Below, piece by piece: positions 21,239 to 31,111 of a DNA stretch of 64,000 nucleotides. The translations under genes were made by a program, and so were the position numbers. Source of the stretch: Phormidesmis sp. (GTDB taxonomy: Bacteria; Cyanobacteriota; Cyanobacteriia; Leptolyngbyales; Leptolyngbyaceae); contig CBDFJR010000005.1 in assembly GCA_965248535.1 (NCBI GenBank), forward strand, positions 1,024,001-1,088,000, read 5' to 3'. The notes under the pieces are model-generated. The model saw only the letters and a program-made list of their open reading frames with translations. It was not told where the DNA came from and made no database searches. Numbering within the stretch: position 1 is the stretch's first letter; each line of letters begins with the position of its first letter.

Positions 21239-22585
21239 ATGGCATGGCAGCAGATTCCAGGTGGGGTGACGGCACCAAAAGGCTTTCGATCGACCGGAGT
21301 CATCGCCGGGTTGAAGCCCTCAGGGTTGCCAGACCTAGCGCTGATTGTTTCAGATGTAGACGCGATCGCGGCTGGTGTGTTCACCACCAGTCAAACTAAA
21401 GCCCCTGTCGTCGATTATTGCCTAGAGCGCTTGCAGTCAAAGCCCAGCACCCGCGCCCTTCTCTGCAATGCGGGGCAAGCCAATGCCGCCACGGGCGCTC
21501 AGGGAATGCTCGATGCTCTAGAATGTGCTCAACTGATCGCCCAAGCCTTGGGGGTCTCCTCAGATCTGGTGTTGCTCGCTTCGACCGGGGTGATTGGGCA
21601 GCGCCTCAAGATAGAGGCGATTCGGGCTGCGGTGCCTCACCTGGTGGCTTCCCTAGATGAAAACGGCTCGGATGCCACCGCTAAGGCAATTTGCACCACT
21701 GATTTAGTGACGAAAACGATCGCGCTTGAGACCACGATCGGCGATCGTCCCGTGAGAATCGGCGGCATTGCCAAAGGGTCGGGCATGATTCACCCCAACA
21801 TGGCCACGATGCTGTCGTTTGTGACCTGTGACGCAGCCGTTTCGCCTCAACTCTGGCAGCAAATGCTGAGTCGGGCTGCCGATCGTAGCTTTAATCAAAT
21901 CACCGTCGATGGCGACACCAGCACCAATGACACGCTGATTGCCCTAGCCAATGGTCAATCTCGCACGCCTGCCATCACTGAGATGGGCCCAGAGGCAGAA
22001 AAGCTAGAAGCCATGCTGACTGAGGTTTGCACCTATTTGGCAAAGTCGATCGCTCGTGATGGCGAAGGGGCAACGTGCCTGATCGAGGTGCAGGTGTCTG
22101 GCGCGAGCGACGAGGCTGCGGCGCGGCGAGTCGCCAAAACGATCGCGGGTTCTTCGCTGGTCAAAGCGGCAATTTTTGGACGTGATCCCAACTGGGGCCG
22201 CATCTCGGCGGCAGCGGGCCGGGCAGAGGTGCCGTTTGAGCAAGAACACTTGCAGATCAAATTGGGCGATTTCTTAATGATGCAAAACGGTCAGCCCCAA
22301 CCCTTCGATCGAGCGGCTGCCAGCAGCTATCTCAAACAACAAGCCGCCGCGAGTAGTGTGCCTTGCCCGGTTGAGTCACTGGTGAACGCTGAAATCAACC
22401 CTGAGTTGCGGGTGATGGAAGGAAACCATCCTGTGACGTTCGATCGCGGCACCCCCCACACGCAACTCGTTGGTCATCCTGTGATGATTGAAGTCAGCAT
22501 TGGCAACGGGTCTGGCACAGGTCGGGCTTGGGGCTGTGATCTGAGCTACGACTACGTAAAAATCAACGCTGAATATACCACTTGA
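21239..22585 (+). CDS. argJ: Bifunctional ornithine acetyltransferase / N-acetylglutamate synthase
   Basis: KGSGMIHPNMATML, DGDTSTND, ARDGEGAT and YVKINAEYTT motifs. Confidence 0.97.
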   Translation: MAWQQIPGGVTAPKGFRSTGVIAGLKPSGLPDLALIVSDVDAIAAGVFTTSQTKAPVVDYCLERLQSKPSTRALLCNAGQANAATGAQGMLDALECAQLIAQALGVSSDLVLLASTGVIGQRLKIEAIRAAVPHLVASLDENGSDATAKAICTTDLVTKTIALETTIGDRPVRIGGIAKGSGMIHPNMATMLSFVTCDAAVSPQLWQQMLSRAADRSFNQITVDGDTSTNDTLIALANGQSRTPAITEMGPEAEKLEAMLTEVCTYLAKSIARDGEGATCLIEVQVSGASDEAAARRVAKTIAGSSLVKAAIFGRDPNWGRISAAAGRAEVPFEQEHLQIKLGDFLMMQNGQPQPFDRAAASSYLKQQAAASSVPCPVESLVNAEINPELRVMEGNHPVTFDRGTPHTQLVGHPVMIEVSIGNGSGTGRAWGCDLSYDYVKINAEYTT

Positions 22586-22588
22586 GGC

Positions 22589-23185
22589 ATGGCTAAGTCT
22601 TGCAAGATCGCGATCGTCGGCACCAGCGGCTCCGGCAAAACGACGTTGGCGCGTCAAGCGGCCCAACGGTTGGCGATTCCTCATATAGAACTAGATGCTC
22701 TGCACTGGGAGCCAAATTGGACTGAAGCCCCGATCGAGGTTTTTCAGGCACGAGTTGCAGAAGCTTTGCAGGGTGAATCTTGGGTGGTGGATGGCAACTA
22801 CAGCAAGATTCGCCCGCTAGTTTGGAGCCGCGCTGACACGATCGTCTGGCTCGATTATTCGTTTTTAATCGTGATCAGTCAAATCATCAACCGCACTATC
22901 CGGCGGGTTGTGATGCAAGAAGCCTGCTGCAACGGCAACTACGAAACGATTCAGAAATCGTTTTTGAGCCGTGATTCAGTAATCGTTTGGGCAGTGCAAA
23001 CTTATCAAAAAAATCGCAGACAGTATCAATCTCTGTTTCAACAACCAGAGTTCTCGCATCTCAAAAAAGTGAGATTGACTTCTCCCCAAATGGCGCAATG
23101 TTGGCTAGAAGAGATTTCTCAGTCAGGGACTATCATCAACACTGAGCGCACTGATGAACGGTTAAATAAGCCAGAATCTGTGTAA
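22589..23185 (+). CDS. Adenylate-kinase-like P-loop protein (topology modulation/FlaR-like)
   Basis: GTSGSGKTT, LDALHW.PNW and WVVDGNY motifs. Confidence 0.8.
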   Translation: MAKSCKIAIVGTSGSGKTTLARQAAQRLAIPHIELDALHWEPNWTEAPIEVFQARVAEALQGESWVVDGNYSKIRPLVWSRADTIVWLDYSFLIVISQIINRTIRRVVMQEACCNGNYETIQKSFLSRDSVIVWAVQTYQKNRRQYQSLFQQPEFSHLKKVRLTSPQMAQCWLEEISQSGTIINTERTDERLNKPESV

Positions 23186-23206
23186 GGGCATGGCACTGCC
23201 GTGCCC
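23186..23206. repeat. Short palindromic intergenic repeat (REP-like); related copy at 30058-30078
   Basis: GGGCATGGCA-C-TGCCGTGCCC versus GGACACGGCA-A-TGCCATGTCC, both just downstream of stop codons. Confidence 0.7.
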
Positions 23207-23622
23207 ATTGCCCCTGCCAGTAACGGATATGATTTGATCCACGTTTATGAGGAACAGAAATTAAACAACATTTGCCTGTTTAGAGATGTGCCAAACTTTA
23301 AGAGCATCTGTTACTGTCAGTCTAAAACCCCATCAGTCAAAAACCTTATAATAAAATCTGTCTGAAGAGTGAGGAAATTGCCTCTCTCAAGATAGAGCGA
23401 TCGCGCCTGCTAAACAAGATAAATTAATCCTGTGAAGAAAACAAATTATGTTCAATCTTCTGCATCTCTGAGCCGCCTTTCTTCACACCCCACGTAAGTT
23501 ATTTACTGGGCTATACAAAACCCTTTATTAGAAGAGTTTCGGCTTTTCTGCTAACACTATATATATCAAACAACATGGCAGAGGGTCGCTTCTGTCATGT
23601 TGTTTTTTAAAGGCGAACGTGA

Positions 23623-24255
23623 TTATAAAACTGGCTTTTGAGCTTGGATCACCTGAAGACTGCCGCCTGCATAAAGGGTACGATCGCTGACCTGAAATCC
23701 AATTTCTGTGAGCAGAGTCACCAAATCAGTTTTGATTAACTGCCACGCCGTTTCTGTCTCAAACAACCAAAAGAAAACCGCCAGTCCGGGGACAAAAATC
23801 GGATTACTGGGGGCATGAAAGTCCACCATTGCGAAATACCCACCAGGCTTCAAAACTCGATAGACTTCGTGCAAAATCTGATGTAATTGGTCGGCATGCA
23901 TTTCGTGCATCGCAGCACTGGTGTGGACTAAATCAAACTCATTGGCTGCAAGCGGAATTTTCTCAGCAAATGCTTCGATGTAATTTGCTTGGGGCACGTT
24001 TTTTTTCGCCCGTTTGATCGAGAGCGGCGAGGCATCAAGTCCAATAACGCGAGAAGATTTCTTGACTAAAAATTGAGTCGTTTGTCCACTTCCGCAGCAC
24101 AAGTCTAGGATTTTAGAGTCTGGCGCGATCGGCAACCCCTCCAATGCCAACTGCCGAAACCGCACTTCTCCACCCACCGCCAGCGCCGCTAGACGCGAGA
24201 TGCCATCATAAAGCCACTGATATTGATAGCTAAGATCTCGAAGAATGGTTGCCAT
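23623..24255 (-). CDS. Class I SAM-dependent methyltransferase
   Basis: LDLCCGSG and RVLKPGG motifs. Confidence 0.9.
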   Translation of the reverse strand: MATILRDLSYQYQWLYDGISRLAALAVGGEVRFRQLALEGLPIAPDSKILDLCCGSGQTTQFLVKKSSRVIGLDASPLSIKRAKKNVPQANYIEAFAEKIPLAANEFDLVHTSAAMHEMHADQLHQILHEVYRVLKPGGYFAMVDFHAPSNPIFVPGLAVFFWLFETETAWQLIKTDLVTLLTEIGFQVSDRTLYAGGSLQVIQAQKPVL

Positions 24256-24265
24256 TGTCTTAAAT

Positions 24266-25444
24266 CTATCCTTTATTTCTTCGACTCAGAGCCGCTTCTA
24301 CGGCCTGCTGCTGGTCGCGACGACTCAGCCACTGATGATAGGTGCGCGTGTGGACTGCCACCGAGTGTCCCATCATTCTCGCCGCAACTGTGTCTGATAG
24401 CCCAAAGTGAATAGTTCTCACGGCCCACGCATGACGCAGATCATAGGGCGAAAACGGTACCTCATAGCGACGAAACTGAGCCGTCACCCGCTGCCCCACG
24501 GTTTGCAGGGTGGTTTTGGTGAGATCAGTCTCGATCGTCGGCAAACAGACTTTTTTTAACTCAAATTCTTCGATCCACTCTGGGTAAAACGCCCACACCT
24601 CATGGCTTCCGGTCTTGGTCGTCGGCAACACCTGAATCATTGTTTCTTCTCGACTCAACCCCGAATAGTCGCAAAAAAAGACTTCATGATTTCTCAACCC
24701 ATAGGTTGCCATTATTCCGTAGACAAACCGCCAAGTCGGATTGGGAATCGTCTGCCAGACCGCGATAATTTCTTCGTCAGTGGGGAGTTGCCGAGCTTTG
24801 GTTTGACTAGTGCCATAACCACCCCAAAATATCTTTAAGTCAGTGGGAAGGTTGAGATTGAGAAATTTCGCCAACGCACTCAATGCGGTGCAGCAGACCT
24901 GACGACTGCGAGAATTTATTTCTGTCGAGTGAACGGTTTGGTAAATCGCCTCCACGATCGTCAAATTGGGACAAGAATCGGCGATCGCCGCTAACTTTTT
25001 CATATAAGGAGCATAGGCCGAGTTCCAAGTGGTCTTGGCTGACGCAGGCTTGCCTTGACGATCGGGCTGGGCCAAAAAATCTTGCTCAAAGGCCTGAATC
25101 TGCTCTAAAAGATTCATCTGACTCAGACGCTTGCCGCCAAACGTGAGATAGTTTTGCCAATCAAAGCTGTTTTGAATCAAGTGAGCCGCAAGGATTTTTG
25201 CCTCTTGTTCAGCCTGCTTAAGCCCGGCGTTGGTCGCAGGCAACCCCAAACTGAGCCGCTGTTGATAGGGGCGCAGCCGCACACTATCGGGGCGAGGCGG
25301 CAACGTTGCGCGCAAATTTAACTTGATGCCCCGTCGCTCAATTTGCACACCCATTTGAGCAATCTTTAGGCGCTGATTGAGTTGAGAAATGCGCCCGTCG
25401 ATCGCGTCGCAGGCTTTTGCAGAAATGATGTCTATCTCCGCCAT
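24266..25444 (-). CDS. Tyrosine recombinase (XisA/XisC-like site-specific integrase)
   Basis: YGLRNHE, TKTG, YDLRH, MMGHS...H...Y catalytic pattern and an LRATLPP N-terminal arm. Confidence 0.9.
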   Translation of the reverse strand: MAEIDIISAKACDAIDGRISQLNQRLKIAQMGVQIERRGIKLNLRATLPPRPDSVRLRPYQQRLSLGLPATNAGLKQAEQEAKILAAHLIQNSFDWQNYLTFGGKRLSQMNLLEQIQAFEQDFLAQPDRQGKPASAKTTWNSAYAPYMKKLAAIADSCPNLTIVEAIYQTVHSTEINSRSRQVCCTALSALAKFLNLNLPTDLKIFWGGYGTSQTKARQLPTDEEIIAVWQTIPNPTWRFVYGIMATYGLRNHEVFFCDYSGLSREETMIQVLPTTKTGSHEVWAFYPEWIEEFELKKVCLPTIETDLTKTTLQTVGQRVTAQFRRYEVPFSPYDLRHAWAVRTIHFGLSDTVAARMMGHSVAVHTRTYHQWLSRRDQQQAVEAALSRRNKG

Positions 25445-25651
25445 GATCTACTAATCTAAATACAAGACCTACTTTAGAGGCTGACGGCTCATCTGATCGA
25501 GTCAAATGTCAACAGTGCTAAACTTTTGTGTCGAACCTTTCAAGAATCACTGGGTTTGCAGCGCAGATTCAGAGACTTTCTTCAGACTCCTGAAGATTTT
25601 ATTGTTAATATCAGTAACAAAGCTGAGAACTCTAAGGAACTTTTAGTAGTC

Positions 25652-26815
25652 ATGGGTCGAGTAGGCGTTTTATTACTTAACTTGGGCGGGCCCGATCGAT
25701 TAGAAGATGTCCGCCCCTTTCTCTATAATTTATTTTCTGACCCAGAAATTATCCGCCTCCCGTTTCCTTGGCTGCAAAGTCCTTTGGCATGGCTGATTTC
25801 GACCTCACGGGCCAAAAAGTCCCAGGCCAACTATCAGCAAATTGGCGGAGGTTCTCCGCTGCGACGCATCACCGAAGAACAGGCCCAAGCCCTGCAACAA
25901 GACCTGCGCCAACATGGGCAAGACACCAATGTCTATATTGGGATGCGCTACTGGCACCCTTTCACCGAGGAAGCGGTTGCCCAGATCAAACGCGATGGAG
26001 TCGATCGCTTAGTCGTCTTGCCGCTCTATCCTCACTTCTCGATTAGCACCAGTGGTTCCAGCTTCCGCTTGCTCGAAGACCTGTGGGCAAAAGATCCGGC
26101 GTTGCAGCAGATCAGCTACACCGTGATTCCGTCTTGGTATGACAGTCCGGGCTATTTAGAGGCGATGGCTGATTTGATTGCCCAACAGATCGACCAGTTG
26201 CCCAACCCCGATCAGGCTCACGTTTTCTTTAGCGCCCACGGCGTTCCGGTGAGCTATGTAGAAGAAGTGGGTGACCCCTACCAGCGAGAGATTGAAGAAT
26301 GTGCGCGGCTGATCATGCAGCGACTCAACCGACCCAACGCCTACACCCTGGCCTATCAGAGTCGCGTCGGGCCGGTCGAGTGGCTCAAGCCCTACACCGA
26401 AGATGCCATCAAAGAATTGGCGGCGAAAGGGGTCGAGGATCTAGTCGTCGTGCCTTTGAGCTTTGTTTCAGAACACATTGAGACGCTGCAAGAGATTGAT
26501 ATGGAATATCGGGAAGTCGCTGAAGAAGCTGGAATTGAGCGATTTAGCCGAGTTCCTGCTCTCAATATTCATCCGGTGTTTATTCACGATTTGGCGACTC
26601 TGGTGGTGAATGCGCTCAATGCTCCAGAAGTCAAATTTGCAGACGTGGTGCATCCCGGCAAAAACGTCAAGATGTATCCGCAAGAAAGCTGGCAGTGGGG
26701 TCTCACTACGTCTGCCGAGGTGTGGAATGGTCGAGTGGCCATGATTGGCTTGATTGCTCTGATTATTGAGATGTTAATGGGTCGCGGCCCTTTACACGCC
26801 TTTGGCATTTTATAA
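25652..26815 (+). CDS. hemH: Ferrochelatase with C-terminal CAB/HLIP domain
   Basis: LLNLGGP, MRYWHP, SAHGVP and FVSEHIETL motifs; [12 protein letters not shown] tail. Start MGRVG at 25652. Confidence 0.97.
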   Translation: MGRVGVLLLNLGGPDRLEDVRPFLYNLFSDPEIIRLPFPWLQSPLAWLISTSRAKKSQANYQQIGGGSPLRRITEEQAQALQQDLRQHGQDTNVYIGMRYWHPFTEEAVAQIKRDGVDRLVVLPLYPHFSISTSGSSFRLLEDLWAKDPALQQISYTVIPSWYDSPGYLEAMADLIAQQIDQLPNPDQAHVFFSAHGVPVSYVEEVGDPYQREIEECARLIMQRLNRPNAYTLAYQSRVGPVEWLKPYTEDAIKELAAKGVEDLVVVPLSFVSEHIETLQEIDMEYREVAEEAGIERFSRVPALNIHPVFIHDLATLVVNALNAPEVKFADVVHPGKNVKMYPQESWQWGLTTSAEVWNGRVAMIGLIALIIEMLMGRGPLHAFGIL

Positions 26816-26875
26816 AGATCGCTCAATTTAATCAATTTCCTGATGGGGATTCTGGATGCAGAGTCCCCATTTGTT

Positions 26876-27493
26876 TTAGTCACGATCGGGCATCTGACGA
26901 GATTTTGCACTCAGCCAATGGCGCTGGACTGGCTTGTCCGATCGCCGGGTCTGCTTTTGCCAGCGCTGCCACGCCTGCGAACTGCGAATCGCTAACCACA
27001 ACAGCAGCAATGCAATGATTCCGCCTTCTCTAGGCGCATCAAACGCAAAGACCACCAGACAGACACACAGCGCATCTTGAGCAAAAATCAGCCACAGGGG
27101 TAAGCCCTGCAAGCGATAAAACCAGCCCACCTGCACGAGTTTGAGCACCAGCGCCAGCAGCCCACCCACGCCTCCTAACAGCCCGACTTGCCAGACGGGG
27201 GCATGGGTTGCCTGAGCGATCGCGATGCCCATCAAGGCTCCCACTAGGGGACTCAGCAACAGTTGCACCACTTGCAGCACTCGCTGCCCCAGACGGTTTT
27301 TTGAGGCAAACACTTCGATCAGTGACCAACTCACCAAAACGCCCATCACGATCGGAGACGACACCTGATTCAACAGGGGAACGTGAGTCCACGCAGTCGT
27401 CCCAGAGAGCAGCCCAATCACTAATAGAGGAAGCGCAATTCTCATGCCTGCGGCTGCCGAAGCCGAAAGCACGGCTAGAAGAAGTTCTAACAT
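26876..27493 (-). CDS. DUF4126-like membrane protein
   Basis: AAAGMRIALPLL N-terminus and several hydrophobic segments. Confidence 0.7.
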   Translation of the reverse strand: MLELLLAVLSASAAAGMRIALPLLVIGLLSGTTAWTHVPLLNQVSSPIVMGVLVSWSLIEVFASKNRLGQRVLQVVQLLLSPLVGALMGIAIAQATHAPVWQVGLLGGVGGLLALVLKLVQVGWFYRLQGLPLWLIFAQDALCVCLVVFAFDAPREGGIIALLLLWLAIRSSQAWQRWQKQTRRSDKPVQRHWLSAKSRQMPDRD

Positions 27494-27662
27494 GGCGACT
27501 CAAGGGGGCGGCTGTTGAGCAAGAGGGGATCGTAAACTTCTAAAACGACATCCAAAATAAGGGCACCTTGAGGAGGAAGATGAGGAAATTGGGGCAAGGC
27601 GAATCTGCTGGAAGGAGGCTCGTCATTATTTGCACAAGCTTTTCAAGACAAGGGCAAAACAC

Positions 27663-28955
27663 ATGACTATGGTTGATTCTCTCTTATCTGATGCGGCTCA
27701 ACCGCTAGAAAAAGCACTAAAGCACACCTCAATCTCAGAAGATGCGATCGAGTCGCTCAAGTTTCCTAAGGCAAGTTTGACGGTTTCGATTCCAGTGCGG
27801 ATGGATGATGGCTCGCTGAGGGTGTTTCAAGGCTATCGAGTCCGTTATGACGACACTCGCGGGCCGGGGAAGGGGGGCGTGCGCTATCATCCCAACGTTT
27901 CGCTAGACGAAGTGCAATCGCTAGCGTTTTGGATGACGTTTAAGTGTGCGGCGCTGAGTTTGCCCTTTGGGGGTGCAAAAGGCGGCATCACGGTCAACCC
28001 AAAAACGCTGTCTCGCTTGGAGCTAGAGCGGCTGAGTCGCGGCTATATCGACGCGATCGCTGACTTTATCGGCCCTGATGTTGATATTTTAGCGCCTGAT
28101 GTCTACACCAACTCGATGATCATGGGCTGGATGATGGATCAATACAGCACGATCAAGCGCCAGATTAGCCCCGGTGTGGTGACGGGGAAGCCGATTTCGA
28201 TGGGCGGCAGTTTGGGGCGAGATGCGGCAACGGCAATGGGCGCGTTTTTTGCGATCGGGGCGATTTTGCCAAAGTTCGATCGCGATCCTCAATCCACGAC
28301 TGTTGCGGTGCAGGGGTTTGGAAATGCTGGGGCAACCCTAGCGGAATTGTTGTCTCGATCGGGCTATAAAGTCGTCGCGGTGAGTGACTCCCAGGGCGGA
28401 ATCTATTCTAAAAATGGGCTAGATATTCCCAGCATTCGGCAGGTCAAAGATGCGACGCGAAGCATCAAAGCAGTTTATTGCGATAGCAGCGTGTGCAGCA
28501 TTGCCGACCATGACGTGATCACGAATGCAGAATTATTAACGCTAGATGTCGATCTGCTAATTCCGGCGGCGATGGAAAAGCAGATCACTGAAGCGAATGC
28601 TAAAGACATCAACGCAAAGCTAATTTTTGAAGTGGCGAATGGGCCGATTACGTCAACGGCTGATCAGATTTTAGAGCAACGCGGAATTTATGTCTTTCCA
28701 GACATTTTGATCAATGCTGGCGGAGTCACGGTGAGTTATTTTGAATGGGTGCAAAACCGCAGCGGACTGTATTGGTCACTCAGCGAAGTCAACCAACGTC
28801 TTCAGCACAAAATGATTGAAGAAACTGAGCAAGTGTGGGCGATCGCGCAAAATCTTGCGGTTTCTATGCGAACGGCGGCTTATATCCATGCGCTCAATCG
28901 ATTGGGAGACGCGATCGATGCCAAAGGCACCCGCGCCTACTACAATCACGTCTAA
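27663..28955 (+). CDS. gdhA: Glutamate dehydrogenase (Glu/Leu/Phe/Val family)
   Basis: GPGKGGVRYHP, GGAKGG, QGFGNAG, EVANGP and VSYFEWVQN motifs. Confidence 0.92.
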   Translation: MTMVDSLLSDAAQPLEKALKHTSISEDAIESLKFPKASLTVSIPVRMDDGSLRVFQGYRVRYDDTRGPGKGGVRYHPNVSLDEVQSLAFWMTFKCAALSLPFGGAKGGITVNPKTLSRLELERLSRGYIDAIADFIGPDVDILAPDVYTNSMIMGWMMDQYSTIKRQISPGVVTGKPISMGGSLGRDAATAMGAFFAIGAILPKFDRDPQSTTVAVQGFGNAGATLAELLSRSGYKVVAVSDSQGGIYSKNGLDIPSIRQVKDATRSIKAVYCDSSVCSIADHDVITNAELLTLDVDLLIPAAMEKQITEANAKDINAKLIFEVANGPITSTADQILEQRGIYVFPDILINAGGVTVSYFEWVQNRSGLYWSLSEVNQRLQHKMIEETEQVWAIAQNLAVSMRTAAYIHALNRLGDAIDAKGTRAYYNHV

Positions 28956-29208
28956 ATTTTGCGAAAAGCGATCGCATCTCCGACAATGCGATTTGCATTG
29001 ATGCCAAAGGCACCCGCGCCCACTACAATCGCATCTAAATTTTGCGAAATGCGATTTGCATCCCCGACAATGCGATTTGCATTCCCGACAATGCGATTCG
29101 CACCCCTGACAAGACGATTTGCATTGATGACAAAGGCACCCGCGCTTACCACAATCGCGTCTAAATTTTGCGAAAGGCGATCGCATCCCCGACAATGAGA
29201 TTTGCTCT
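28917..29208 (+). repeat. Three tandem copies of the gdhA 3' end with nested 21-bp repeats
   Basis: The 39-bp GATG.CAAAGGCACCCGCGC...TCTAA unit starts at 28917, 29000 and 29126; units are separated by CCGACAATGCGATTTGCA-type 21-mers. Confidence 0.9.
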
Positions 29209-29243
29209 CTGATCCATCTACATTACTGAGAACCCAAAATTCT

Positions 29244-30017
29244 ATGGACGTGATTCCTGCGATCGACCTGCTCAACGGCAAATGTGTGCGCCTCTATCAG
29301 GGCGATTATGATCAAGCCGAAGTCTTTAACGAAGATCCTGTGGCGATGGCTCAACAGTGGGCAGATCAGGGCGCAACTCGGCTGCATCTCGTCGATTTAG
29401 ATGGAGCCAAAGCCGGATATCCCGTCAATTTGGCGGCAATCTCGGCGATCGTGCAGGCTCTTAAAATCCCAATTCAGGTGGGGGGCGGTTTGCGCGATCG
29501 TCAAAGTGTGGCTGATTTGCTATCAACGGGCGTTCACAGCGCCATCTTAGGAACTGTTGCGGTCGAAAATCCTGAGTTAGTCGCAGAACTTTGCGCCGAG
29601 TTTCCCAGACAAATCATCGTCGGCATCGATGCTCGAAAGGGGCGGGTCGCCACCAAAGGCTGGCTCGAAACCTCAGACGTGCTCGCGACTGAATTAGCCG
29701 ATCGCATGGCTCAATTAGGAGCAGCCGCCATTATTTACACCGATATTCATCGAGATGGCACGATGCAAGGCCCTAATCTAGAGGCGTTGCGAGAGTTAGC
29801 CGCCGTTGTCTCGATTCCGGTGATCGCATCGGGGGGCGTGAGTTCGGTCACAGATTTATTGAGCCTGTTGGCGCTTGAACCGCAGGGAGTAACGGGCGCG
29901 ATCGTCGGTCGTGCTCTCTATACCGGAGATGTGTCGCTGAGAGAAGCCGTTCTTGCCGTGGGTCAAGGTCGCTGGCAAGATGTTCCGCCTGATTTAGGTT
30001 CCTCTGCGTTTGCTTAA
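29244..30017 (+). CDS. hisA: ProFAR isomerase
   Basis: [30 protein letters not shown] and IASGGV motifs. Confidence 0.97.
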   Translation: MDVIPAIDLLNGKCVRLYQGDYDQAEVFNEDPVAMAQQWADQGATRLHLVDLDGAKAGYPVNLAAISAIVQALKIPIQVGGGLRDRQSVADLLSTGVHSAILGTVAVENPELVAELCAEFPRQIIVGIDARKGRVATKGWLETSDVLATELADRMAQLGAAAIIYTDIHRDGTMQGPNLEALRELAAVVSIPVIASGGVSSVTDLLSLLALEPQGVTGAIVGRALYTGDVSLREAVLAVGQGRWQDVPPDLGSSAFA

Positions 30018-30234
30018 GAGCGGGAGTTGAATGATCTTGGCTGTTGGCAGAGACAAGGGACACGGCAATGCCATGTCCGTACATCCATTCTGGCGAATGG
30101 GGATTTAGATCGAGATTGCGCTCTAATTTTGACTCCTTCTCTCGTATTTTTTCAGTAGTTTCTGACCGATTTCTAAAAACCAACGGAAAATAGAAAAGTA
30201 GCAACTCTCATTTTTTGTCATTAATAGAAACCTC

Positions 30235-30963
30235 ATGAGTAACACTAGTAACTTCCGGCAAGCAATTCGGGATGCAAAAAGTCAGTCGATTGTTGGCTCT
30301 AATGTCATTGCCAACGCGCTGCCCCTGCTAGGTGGCGGGCTTGTGCTGACCGCCGTCGGCACCTTTGGCGGCTTGCAGGTGATTGCAAACAATCCCCAAA
30401 TCTTTATGCCCACCTTTATTGGGGCGGTGATTTTAGAACTGATTCTTTTCTTCGTCGCCTCTAATGTCGCTCAAAAAGGCAACAACGGCATTGCGCTGCC
30501 TCTGCTGGCAACCTATAGCCTACTGTCGGGCTACACCCTGAGCGGCATTGTGTATTTGGCGCTGCAAACTCAAGGCGTTGGCATCAATGGCGTGGGGTTT
30601 GCAGCCCTCGGCTGTGGCGTGACGTTTATCGCAGCCCGATCGATTGGCTCTAATCTCTCTGAGCAAAACGGCATGGCGTTAACCAAAACCGTGCAGCTTG
30701 GAATGATTGCGCTGTTTGTGGTGTTGATCGGTCAGCTATTGCTGCGAGTGTTTGGACTCTATACGCCCAGCTTTTTAGAAGTGGCCATTTCTGGCATTGG
30801 TGTATTGCTATTTGTGGGGGCTGCTGTCGTTGACTTCTTTGTGCTGCCTCGCACTTATCGCGATGATCAATACATTCCCGCCGCCTTGTCGATGTATTTG
30901 ACCTACATCAATCTGTTTGTGTTCATCTTGAGATTTCTAATCGCGATTAACAGCCGTGACTAG
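30235..30963 (+). CDS. Bax inhibitor-1 family membrane protein
   Basis: About seven hydrophobic segments; ALSMYLTYINLFVFILR C-terminus. Confidence 0.85.
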   Translation: MSNTSNFRQAIRDAKSQSIVGSNVIANALPLLGGGLVLTAVGTFGGLQVIANNPQIFMPTFIGAVILELILFFVASNVAQKGNNGIALPLLATYSLLSGYTLSGIVYLALQTQGVGINGVGFAALGCGVTFIAARSIGSNLSEQNGMALTKTVQLGMIALFVVLIGQLLLRVFGLYTPSFLEVAISGIGVLLFVGAAVVDFFVLPRTYRDDQYIPAALSMYLTYINLFVFILRFLIAINSRD

Positions 30964-30995
30964 TACCGATTCTCAAATGATTAAATCTTGATTCA

Positions 30996-31025
30996 GGGAG
31001 ACGTAAATCATGCGTCTCCTTTTTT
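30996..31025 (+). terminator. Probable intrinsic terminator
   Basis: GGAGACGTA...TGCGTCTCC stem followed by a T-run. Confidence 0.7.
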
Positions 31026-31111
31026 ATTGAGGAAAAACTCTAGATAATCGTTGATCAAATTGTAGCGGGCCGTCCCTTAGAATAGTCCTTTAGTTCGGTT
31101 TTGCTAAGGGT

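Noticed and set aside
23429..23456. dif-like site (TTATGTTCAAT) near the tyrosine recombinase
   Set aside because: Only the XerD-like arm resembles the consensus; likely chance in an AT-rich spacer
28917..29208. CRISPR array or DGR template/variable repeats
   Set aside because: The spacers are themselves repetitive, the repeat is the gdhA 3' end, changes are not adenine-specific, and there is no cas or reverse transcriptase gene in the window
28776..29281. Cys-rich or repetitive ORFs over the gdhA-hisA spacer
   Set aside because: By-products of the tandem repeats, open in several frames
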